Assembly (NCBI GenBank): GCA_002269645.1
Contig: NIVC01000342.1
Location: 124,001 to 188,000 of the forward strand
DNA: 64,000 nt
Direction of reading: 5' to 3'
From: Macrostomum lignano
Taxonomy: Eukaryota
The notes under the pieces are model-generated. The model made no database searches. It saw only the letters and a list, made by a program, of their open reading frames with translations, and was not told where the DNA came from. A program made the position numbers and the translations under genes. Of the stretch, positions 49,501 to 64,000 are shown in pieces. How positions within the stretch are numbered: position 1 is the stretch's first letter; the number at the start of each line of letters is the position of its first letter.

Positions 49501-51514
49501 TAAGGGACCTATTTCAGAGCTACAGCAAATTCAGGTAAATCTGTTTGAATCGCTTGTGCAATTGCATGATAAAGATGTTTCAATAAGAACAAAAAACTGC
49601 AGGGGACCAATGCGAAGGAAGATGAAATTCAAAGCAAGCACTCTGCAGGACTGCTTCAACGAGTTTGTACTACATAGATTCGCCGAAAATTGCAGCTGCC
49701 TGCCAACATTTCTGCCCATCCCCGAGCAGCTGTACGCCAAATACCCGATTTGCTTTAACACTACTGACATCGAGAACTTGTACGCCACTGACCAGTGCTA
49801 TATTCGCCAGCTAAATCTGCTGAAAAGCTACCGTAGCGAGGCCCGAAGCCGCTGCAAGCTGCCTTGCGAGACCCTCGAGTTCAAAGTCAGCCAAGTGGCC
49901 AACACGTGGCCGAACATTCGTCGCGACACTCTTTTAAAATTCCTGAGCGGCCTGGCCAGCAGGTTCGGCTACCCCAACTCCGTCAGCCGATTCCGCGGCC
50001 CAGTGAGCCTGTACTCCGCCTACCTAAGCGCTCTGGCCCTGACTCGAAACTTTCGCGGAACAGCCAAGCTGACAGCTAATCTGACCAGATTCGACTACGA
50101 GATGAGCGTCCTGCAGGACCGCCTGGCCATGGTGTCGGTGTCCGCGTCCGAGCCCCTAGGCGAAGAGAAAATCGAAGAGGAGGCCTACCCGGTCAAGAAC
50201 TTGCTGGCCGATATGGGAGGTTTGTGAATTGGGAGCAAGCACAGTTTACCTATGACGGACACTGTACTGAAAGAAAATGACTGCTTATAAAACCATGCGC
50301 ACAAGCAGGCGCGTCACCACCGGGCAGAGACAGGGAGGGCATGTCCCCCCAGTAAAAGCTATGGGGGGACATGCCAATACTTTCCCCCCCCCACCCCACC
50401 TTTTGACTCGTGGTAATCAATAATTTTTCTTCAGGGCGCCAAAATATAGCGCCTACGGCGCTAAAATAAGTGCCTGCGGCGCCAAAATGTGCCTGCGGCG
50501 CCAAAATAGTGCCTACGGCGCTAAAATGAGTGCCTGCGGCGCCAAAATGGTGCCTGCGGCGCTAAAATGGTGCCTACGGCGCTAAAATGTGCCTGCGGCG
50601 CCAAAATGGTGCCTACGGCGCTAAAATGTGCCTGCGGCGCCAAAATAGTGCCTACGGCGCTAAAATGTGCCTGCGGCGCCAAAATGGTGCCTATGGCGCT
50701 AAAATGTGCCTGCGGCGCCAAAATAGTGCCTACGGCGCTAAAATGTGCCTGCGGCGCCAAAATGGTGCCTATGGCATTAAAATGAGTGCCTGCAACGCCA
50801 AAATGAGTACCTGCGGCGCCAAAATTATGGCTGACAACACGATTCTCGAAATAATGGAAATGCAGGAATTTAGTCATGTACATGTACATGTTGAATTCTT
50901 GGCTTTGTCCCCCCACCATAAAATCAATGGCGACGCCCCTGCGCACAAGTGATAATTTCGACAGTTACCAAGGCCATCCGCTGACGTCACTGCTAGTGCC
51001 AGGGGTTCATTGAAGCTCCTAAATCTAAACCTAAATTTAAATCTAAAGTTGGTCCGTTTCACAGCTAGCAAGGTCCGTTTCGCAAACCCAGAGAACGCAT
51101 GCGCACAAACATACCCAGACAGGCACGCACACTAATTCTGTGTGTGTGTGTAGGTCCAAATTCGGTGCCCGCAAACCCCACATTAATGAGGGCAACACCG
51201 CAGAATCGAACTGGAGCGAGGATCGATCTGGCCATCTCGGGCACCACATGCCCATATCGACTTGGTCGATTTGATCAATTTTCAACCGAACGCCCTATTT
51301 GTCAGGCATCCTGGGCCTGTGGTGCGGCATCTCTCTGCTGACTGTGTGCGAGCTGCTCGAACTGTGGGTTCACGTCGCCCTGCGGATGCACCAGCTGTGC
51401 TCGGCCGCTGTTCACACTGGCGATGATTCTAGAGCCAGTGGCGAGCGTCGCGACGACAGCGAGACTAGCGCGGGGAACAAGCGCGGCAAGTCGACGACTA
51501 GCAAACCAATGTAG
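40529..51514 (+). CDS. DEG/ENaC subunit B, tandem paralog of A with the same kringle(WSC)-kringle insertion, about 1037 aa
   Basis: Exons [40529-40546 inferred], 42135-42385, 42466-42776, 43204-43500, 44101-44391, 45687-45815, 46801-47001, 47606-about 47741, 48279-48376, 48504-48856, 49061-49263, 49603-50219, 51306-51514. Intron positions and phases match gene A; three exons have identical lengths (297, 201, 98 nt). Motifs [48 protein letters not shown]. The first exon and the donor near 47741 are uncertain. Confidence 0.88.
40830..41262 (-). mobile_element. 3' fragment of a non-LTR retrotransposon (RTE-like RT C-terminus), frameshifted
   Basis: Minus-strand peptides LPDRQRARLWQAVVETVLLYNAETWTLTATLERQLDSAHSGLL and [46 protein letters not shown]. 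LLYxxETWT is typical of the region C-terminal to LINE RT. Clade is an inference. Confidence 0.7.
41266..41346 (+). pseudogene. Orphan duplicate fragment of the channel HG/TM1 exon
   Basis: Encodes TSAHGLGRLDSQSRVAGRTIWIVFLLG; about 90 percent nt identity to 42261-42341 by eye. Truncated on both sides and abutting a LINE fragment. Confidence 0.8.
41724..42047 (+). mobile_element. SINE family A, 5'-truncated
   Basis: Starts at CAGGCTCGATTCCAAGTGCAGTCAC and is collinear with 62109-62477 to the AATAAAA tail. Confidence 0.82.
43663..43960 (+). mobile_element. tRNA-derived CORE-like SINE (family B)
   Basis: A box TAGCCTAGAGG, B box GGTTCGATTCC, then TGTGTCCTTGAGCAAGACACTTAAC...CTGTAAAATGGG resembling the CORE domain; AT-rich tail. 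Confidence 0.7.
44590..45330. repeat. C-rich compound minisatellite (CCAACCCCCAGCCGTCTGCA / CCATCTACG subunits)
   Basis: Direct reading; explains the Pro-rich ORFs 44574 and 44600. Confidence 0.9.
46801..48376 (+). other. Kringle domain 2 of channel B
   Basis: YDC...RYSGCLNVTASGRACLIW...SNYCRAV...PGCFY...EACTVKPC. Confidence 0.82.
47785..48185. repeat. 33-bp minisatellite (GTCCTTTCGATAGGAGCCGAACCACACCTCCCA)n
   Basis: About 12 copies in the intron within kringle 2 of channel B. Confidence 0.92.
50306..50941. mobile_element. Non-autonomous hAT-type DNA transposon (MITE) with internal 39-bp tandem repeat
   Basis: TIRs CAGGCGCGTCACCA / TGGCGACGCCCCTG (12 of 14 match); perfect 8-bp TSD CGCACAAG at 50298-50305 and 50942-50949. 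Confidence 0.85.
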
Positions 51515-52228
51515 TGCTGTAAACTTTGTGGATTTACTTCTGCAAATTGCAGTTTGATTGCCGCTACTCACTACTGTTCAATGAGAGTAGATTGACGCCG
51601 CTCGATTAAAATGATTCATATTTTACTAATTTTGGTCTCTACATTATGTAATTTTCAATGCAAGCAGATCTAAAGAATCACCTAAGAAACTTCGTAAGAA
51701 TTTCCCTGCATAACTGAAGCATAACATCGTCAATGACATTTACCTAAGCACGACTTCAGAAAACTAATTCGCCTTTATACCGTTTTTGCTTAGTATTTTG
51801 TAGACTCGATGACTGATGATTTTTTGCGATGAAATTTTCTGACTTTAAACGCTCTGTGACTACTAGCAAGATGCCCGAAATACATTACATCATTGAAATA
51901 TGACGTCATGTGTTTATCAAAAAATCTCACCTTTAATTTCAGTTTGAATGATTTATTGAACCGAATATTATTTGTTGCAGTGGTCCGATTAAGTGAGAAA
52001 AAGCTTAGTACAAGAGGAAATCATTTGAAAGCATGCACAGAGCCGTTTGGTTTGAAAAATTGTTCCAATTGCCGAGGTGAATCTGGTCGACTAGAACGCA
52101 TGGGAACCAGACTAGGAACTTCTGCGGTGTCAACATGGAGAATCTATCAATACCATAACGCTCAAAATCTCAAGTTGACCTTCCACTCTCCTAGACTTCA
52201 TGGCAGCATCGCACAGTGGCGCCCAAGA

Positions 52229-53558
52229 TCACTTGCTCGCCCACAGAACTCGCTGCACAGTGGACTGGCTGGAGTTGCCGCTAGACAGAGCCCGACTCAC
52301 AGCCGTGTCGCACTTCATCAGCTTCTGCCGGTGCACGAAGGACGATGCCGTTGAACGCCAGGCGGTCGCAGAGTCCGCGACGCTTCGACGATGCTGCATC
52401 GCCGATGCTTCATCGCCTGGAGCGACAACCGTCAGCAGAGACTGCGGAGCGCCGGGTCTCAGATAGAGAGTCGATGATCGAACCTTGAGAAAAAACGCAT
52501 CGATTAATTCATCTGGAGTTACGACGTATTGGTCTGTTTCTACAGTAGACCATCCGAGTGACTGGTATCAACATTATCAGCAGAAGAATGCAGGCTGCGA
52601 GGAATTCCAGCAGGATCTTACTAAATCTACTGGACCAAAAAAACGAACCACACAAGTGCTACAAGTGGAACCTACGCTCGTAATGCTTAAAAACCCACAA
52701 AAAACAGTAGTCTGAAGCACAGGATTTTATAGTTGATAGCCCCCAATCTAAAAGCCGATCTCCAGCTGATAAATGCAACATCAGAGTCTGACTTTAAGTC
52801 GATACATCCCGACTTTTCCCCTACTCTAAAGAAGTGAAGGCATGTTCGTGCACCTCTTCACCACCGTCGGGTTCCGTTGTCGCAGCTTCGAAGGCGGCCG
52901 CTGCGCTGCGTCGTGGTCCGCCAGCCAGACGGAGTCGAGCGTAGAAGCTGGCGACGCCTCCTCCAATGCTGCTGCTGCCGCCGCTGGCCTGACTGTTCGA
53001 CCAACGCGACTGCGGCAGCGGAGTCGGCCGAGGCAGAAGTCGGCTGGCCTTGAGCTCCACCCGGTTGGCCCTGTACAAGGCTCGGCTACTGCCGCCGCCG
53101 CCGCTGCCACCGCCTGTGTCGACGACCTCCGGCATCTCTGTTAGAGGTTGCATTTTCCCGTGCCGACTCCCGTTGGATGGAGCTCGTCCTGTGGAACACC
53201 TGAAGCGATTCGACATCCGGCTATTAGACCAACGCTGATACGCTCGCTATTGCAGGCTCTTTGGACCACATTTCCCCCAGCAACTATCGCATCAGTCGAG
53301 CTACTTAAGTTCGGTTTAAAATTTGTCGTGATTTACATTTCACCTAGCAACAAAAATCACTTGTTTCAGAGAATGTCTTATAGTCTGTACAAGACGGCTT
53401 AAGCATTCGAAAGAACGCTCGTAGCTTCCATTAATTGTAAAAGGAGCAAATTTTGTAGTCTGACCCAATTTGGCTGTTTCCTACCTCACTGACTGGTGCC
53501 GCTGCTGCTTTTGCCTCCGTCTGCTGGAAGCAGTCAGAGGGGCTTCGCCGTCTTCCAT
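52229..53558 (-). CDS. Possible orphan low-complexity protein (about 232 aa, 3 exons)
   Basis: Exons 53558-53485, 53220-52825, 52457-52229 join with GT-AG at phase 2 and sum to 699 nt. The segments are GC-rich like the real exons. No recognisable domain. Confidence 0.35.
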
Positions 53559-54520
53559 CCGTTTGTCGCCTCCTGCCAGCTGTGCCGCAGAGAACTGCCC
53601 TGCTCTCAGAGTCTGAGCGCGTCTGCTCTGGGGATCTTCTCTGCTCCTCCTCTCATCCTCTTCGTCTCCTCCCCCCCCGTTCCCATCAGCGACAGCTCTG
53701 CAGCTGCTCCTAAACCCTCGTCTCTTTGTCCTCGCCAACCCGAACCATTGCTCCGGCGCTATCATCCTATTGAATGCGGGCCACCCCCCCCCCTCAGTCC
53801 CTTTCGACTCCCTCCCTCCTCTTCCCGGTCTTTTCTTCTCCAAAAAAGAAGCAAACGTCAGAAGCAATACACTTCTCACGGGGCTGGCTCAATATTGAGC
53901 TGCTGCCGAGGGGGGAGGAGGCGAGCCCAGCGACGCCGCATCCTTCAGCTTCCTATAAGGTGTGACTGACTTGAGCAGTCTCTCTCTCTCTACCTCTCAA
54001 TAGGCTCCTCTTTGGTTGCTAAGGCCCAGGATTTTCTATTCAAACATAATGAATATAACAGCTTGCTGAATAAATAAACACAGTTTTCTGGGAAGCTTCT
54101 CGATCCTGTGTTATTTTTCCACTATGAATAAATTAGGAGTATCGAATGCTTCGCGAAAGCTCTGTGCCATTAAGCGCAGGAAATCGATAAAGCATTTTGC
54201 AATCCATTTTACAATTTTACAATTTGTTTGTAAACTTTTCTTGCAAAACACTTCACTCTCTACTTGACTTTCAGTTTGGGAACAGTAGTGCGTCTAGAAT
54301 GTCACGTTTTATGGAACGTCAAAAATAGTCAATAATAATAAAATATTATATTTAAATAAACAGAGCAGTTTCATCTCATCTAAACTGGGCATGCACGCGA
54401 AACAGTAACAGAAGGGTCAGGCAGTCTCTATATAGCTACAAGGCGTGGATACAGGCGAAAAGTTTCTGTCCAAGTCAAAATGATAACACAGTATTCGGCC
54501 TCAAACAGGCCAGGGGCTCG

Positions 54521-59718
<5,198 letters not shown>

Positions 59719-60220
59719 GTTCAGCGTCGGTAACCCCTGGGATTGCCAAATATTGCTTCAAAGCAGGGCCAACTGCTTTAACTACGCAGCGCCATCTAGC
59801 TAATGTTAATAAACCTGTGCTTGCAGCTTTATTTGCTTCCAATTGACAACTCTTCCGACACAAGCAAAGGTTTGCGCGTCTAACGTCTTGCCTCTCTCTC
59901 TTTCTCTCTCTCTCTCTGTTGTCAAGGGGCAAGTCAAGAGTATGGCAAATGCTATTCAGTTAGAAAGGGCTGGTAAGATGGAGAGCTGCAGAGACCTCAT
60001 TGGGTGGCTAGTTGCTGAGGCCTGTTCATTTTTCTGTGCATACGCAAGTCCGCTTTCTGCTAGATAGCAACCCCAGCCTCTACACCCCCACAACTCTCCT
60101 GCGCCCCTGCTCCTCGGATTCGCACTTGTCAGTTGGTTGCGCATTTTCTGCAAAGGAGCTGCGCTCTGCTCTGTGCTCTATCAGCTCTACCAGCCTGGCG
60201 AGAGGGAAAGAAGAGAAAAC

Positions 60221-60257
<37 letters not shown>

Positions 60258-60264
60258 CGCCCAG

Positions 60265-60279
60265 GTTGCTCCTGGCAAC
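60265..60279. promoter_or_regulatory. RFX X-box upstream of CFAP92
   Basis: GTTGCTCCTGGCAAC (GTTGCY-N3-GGCAAC, palindromic arms), about 550 nt 5' of the ATG of a ciliary gene. Confidence 0.55.
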
Positions 60280-62108
60280 CAGAGCTTCTCAAATCGTACT
60301 GTGCGTATTTGCTGTGGCAATCATAGCGTTCATATCAATCAAAGTCTGTAGATAATAATATGCGAGTCTGCAGTCATAAATTTCAGTTGTACTACTGTCT
60401 GCTGCCTGCGACAGACTGAAAGCAGAAAGTGTTGCAGAGAATTCTTTCTCGCTCAATTGCTATGCAAGAGACGTACCTGTAGCAATGCATGAAATGGGCC
60501 CACGACAAGCTTTGCAGAAGAATCCACTCACTTAAAGAACCTTTTTATAATGCCGAGAATTCATGAGTGTCCAACGGACCCGCATAAAAGAATTGCTAAT
60601 TATGCACATGATGATGGGGAGCAGCTGCTGCTTTTTCTTTTCTTTCCAAAGCCAAGGAGATTTCGAAAAGAGAATCTGGAATGCCAATTAATTTTTCCTT
60701 AAAACCCTTTCTTCGTCAAAAAAAGTCGACTACAGGAGCGGAGCAGAAAGTCAAGAGTCCGCTGTACACCCTAGGTGAGCGTGTGTACGTGCTACAAGCG
60801 TTTTGTTTCATAAAGCGTCTATGTCTACAACCCCAATCACTGGTAATTGCTGACAAGTTGAATAGTCGCCTTCTTTTACTCGCACTTGTAAACTAAAAGC
60901 ACACAGTTTTCAAAGAACGCTTTCTTCTAACCTCACTCAGCAACCTCTAACCGCACTGCATATTTTTCACTATTGATTATTATTGTGCTTAATTGTGCTC
61001 GGGCTACTTCGATTTATGCTGTTCGAAACGTCAGACGATGAGAGCGACGACCGAGAGCCTCGGTTAGCACCGAGGTGAACGCGCCAAATAAAGTTCCCTT
61101 GACGTCGCGTATCTTCTCTAACAGAAGCGTCTTCTCACTTGCAGAGAGAGGCATCGTAAGCGAAAGCGAATAGACGAATGTAAGAAGCTAGATGGATGAA
61201 AGATGGATGGAAGAAGCGTGGATGAAATGAGTTTTGTTTTTAATTAGCTTCGAGTCGTTTTCTCTACCACCCCAAAGAGGTAGTTTTTTACCATAGACGA
61301 TGAAGTGAATAGTTACAAGCTTGTCAAACTTGTACGATTCTTGGCTTGTAGCTACGAGCTACAAGAAAAAGTGTTTCACAACACTGCTTGTAGCTCGTAG
61401 CTTGTAGCTATTAAACTTGTAGCTTGTAGCTTGTAACTTGTAAATTCCCGTCAACGGAACGGGCAGAATTGCCGTCAGCGCTGGTATATTGTGGGACCGA
61501 TGTCGCCGAAGGCGTTGCGCGAGGGTGTCCGAGCTCAGAAGACAAGATGCGCTTTGAAGTGCAATCAACACATGAGAAAAATGACGCACAGTTTTGCACT
61601 ATAGTCCACATTCTTTTTAATGGTCTCCTTGCCAACTTGAATGGAAATTAACGGATTCACGTCAGCAGCTGTCAGTAGAATAATACGTCTCGTCAAATAC
61701 AAAATGCAATCCACCAGATAACTTTGGACAGGTGAAAGAGGCACAGCAGTGTAATGGACAATGAACAGTTTAAAAAATTGCCATTTAAGTAGACTAGCTG
61801 TATGGCCAGGCTATAAAATCCGCCAAATTCAATTGGGATAATTTTCAGAGTCTGCAAAAAAGTTTTTGAGACTTCCACGGGGCGGTAAGCGGGGACTGTT
61901 TCATAAGTCAGACACTCATTTGGGGCTTGTGCTCTGCGTGGGGTTTGACGTGCGATTCAAACCTAGGAGGGCCAACCCCCAAGGCACAGAGAGTGTACAT
62001 GCCTGATGATTAAAGTCCAGGGCCTCCTATTTCAAGGTCAGTGTAGCGAGAGTTAAGGGACAGTGTAAGAACTCTACAAATTATCAAACAAACAAAATTA
62101 TTTGCATA

Positions 62109-62477
62109 GGGGGGCCGTAGCCCAGCGGTCTAGCGCAGGCTCTGATGTGCCAGCGACCCAGGCTCGATTCCAAGTGCAGTCACATTAATTTGGGGCTGAA
62201 TTGGAATGTCGGCTTGGCTCTGCTCGTGCAATTAACGGCCTTGAGAGCCAACCCCCCAAGGCGCAGTGAAGTGTACATGCCTAACGATAATATAAAGTTA
62301 GGGCCGCTGTACACTCCTGTGTGAGTGTGTGCCTGCGTACGTATCCGCACGCTTGTATGCCTGCTCAGGGGAGTCGGCGGAATGGGCAGCAATGCCTCTC
62401 GCCGGTTGTGTGCCTATGTCGCTTAAAGTGCGCCAGGGTGCACACAACCCCCCTGCCTCTAATAAAAAAATAAAAAT
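62109..62477 (+). mobile_element. Full-length tRNA-derived SINE (family A) with target-site duplication
   Basis: A box TAGCCCAGCGG, B box GGCTCGATTCC, A-rich tail, flanked by AAAT(T/G)ATTTGCAT at 62095-62107 and 62478-62490. Confidence 0.85.
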
Positions 62478-62804
62478 AAATGATTTGCATCATTTATATA
62501 TTAGCTCTAAAATCTGCCAAATAAATACAACTACTCGTAAGTAACGAAGACGGCTTTGTATTTTCGTTTTCGAGTAAATGATTGAAATCAATAGAGCGCC
62601 GTTCAACAAGATCAAAACCTTCAGAACAAAAAGACGACAATTAAATCCAACGACATGCACGCAATTATTTAAACAAGTCGTGCGCGTTTAGAAAGACTTC
62701 GGAATTTGATATTATCGTGTCATTGTACCAAACTCGCTAGCCCAAATTATTGATTTTTATTTTTGACACAAAATCAGCTAGAACACAGCCGTACCTGTGT
62801 ATAT

Positions 62805-63350
62805 TACTGTGCTATCCCTCCTGTGACTTCAGGGAATTGCTGTGCTATCCCTCCTGTGACTTCAGGGAATTGCTGTGCTATCCCTCCTGTGACTTCAGGG
62901 AATTGCTGTGCTATCCCTCCTGTGTCTTCAGGGAATTGCTGTGCTATCCCTCCCGTGACTTCAGGGAATTGCTGTGCTATCCCTCCTGTGACTTCAGGGA
63001 ATTGCTGTGCTATCCCTCCTGTGACTTCAGGGAATTGCTGTGCTATCCCTCCTGTGACTTCAGGGAATTGCTGTGCTATCCCTCCTGTGACTTCAGGGAA
63101 TTGCTGTGCTATCCCTCCTGTGACTTCAGGGAATTGCTGTGCTATCCCTCCCGTGACTACAGGGAATTGCTGTGCTATCCCTCCTGTGACTTCAGGGAAT
63201 TGCTGTGCTATCCCTCCTGTGACTTCAGGGAATTGCTGTGCTATCCCTCCTGTGACTTCAGGGAATTGATGTGCTATCCCTCCCGTGTCTTCAGGGAATT
63301 GCTGTGCTATCCCTCCCGTGTCTTCAGGGAATCGCTCTGCTATCCCTCGT
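62805..63350. repeat. 33-bp minisatellite (CTGTGCTATCCCTCCTGTGACTTCAGGGAATTG)n
   Basis: About 16 copies. Confidence 0.95.
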
Positions 63351-63839
63351 GTCTTCAGGAAAACACAGCTATCTGCCTCCCCTAAGGAATGAAAACTTTG
63401 TCTATTAAAAATGAATAACCAACTACTCGAACACAAACGACTTTAGTCATAAACAAGATGATGGACATAAGCAAATCAGGGACATGATGAAATCAAATTA
63501 CATGCGATAATTGTAAATATTAGGAACCTTAGTTAGAGGATCATAAAATACCTTTATAGTTTCCAGTCGATATTTTAAGCATCGAGGGTAAAAGCTAAAC
63601 AAGAATATATATTTGAATTTATGTGCGCATATTATTATCTATAGTAGTATCTAGCCCGCTAACACTGGCAGAATACCTTACTGCACCAATACAATGAGAA
63701 TATGATCTGTATAAGCATTTGTTTTAATACAGTAATAAGACATTCACTCAGCAGCGCACAGAGTTGTAAAAGTGACATTTTCTAAGTGACTGGGAGCTCT
63801 TGTAAGCACAAGGTCAACCGGTGCGTGGGGGGGGGGAAG

Positions 63840-64000
63840 GGGCAGAGCAGCCCAGCGGTAAACGCGACTGACACTCACGCAACGACCCCTGGTTCGTTTC
63901 CGTGCGCAAACACATTAATTTGGGGCTCGTGCAAAAAAATTAGCCGGGAGCCGCTGTACACCCTGTGTGAGCGTGTGTGTGAGTGCGTGTACTGTACGCG
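63840..64000 (+). mobile_element. SINE A-related subfamily copy running off the window end
   Basis: AGCCCAGCGG A box, GACCCCTGGTTCG B box and GCCGCTGTACACCCTGTGTGAG shared with 30100-30400. Confidence 0.65.

Noticed and set aside
61005-61040. Penelope-type hammerhead remnant (TTCGAAACGTCAG)
   Set aside because: No upstream CTGANGA box, so the catalytic core is incomplete.

Overview
Eukaryotic (animal) genomic DNA with GC-rich exons, GT-AG introns and roughly a quarter of the length in micro/minisatellites. It resembles a flatworm such as Macrostomum lignano, but that assignment is an inference and was not tested. Gene models were assembled by hand from splice sites and exon phases: (1) a 7-repeat protocadherin (+, 9005-22909, 4 exons); (2) and (3) two tandem paralogous DEG/ENaC channel subunits (+, 27556-35759 and about 40529-51514); (4) a possible orphan 3-exon gene (-, 52229-53558); (5) CFAP92/KIAA1257-like ciliary gene (-, 54521-59718). 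The main finding is that both channels carry about 390 extra residues at the extracellular finger position. The insert is a kringle domain with a whole WSC domain nested inside it, followed by a second kringle, built from phase-1-bounded exon modules. I know of no described DEG/ENaC with this architecture. An RFX X-box precedes the second channel and another precedes CFAP92, hinting at ciliated or sensory cells. Also present: tRNA-derived SINEs (one family with a covarying hairpin), a hAT-type MITE with an 8-bp TSD, LINE 3' fragments, a BED-finger relic and about 25 tandem arrays. Most long ORFs in the track are repeat read-through or antisense shadows of real exons.
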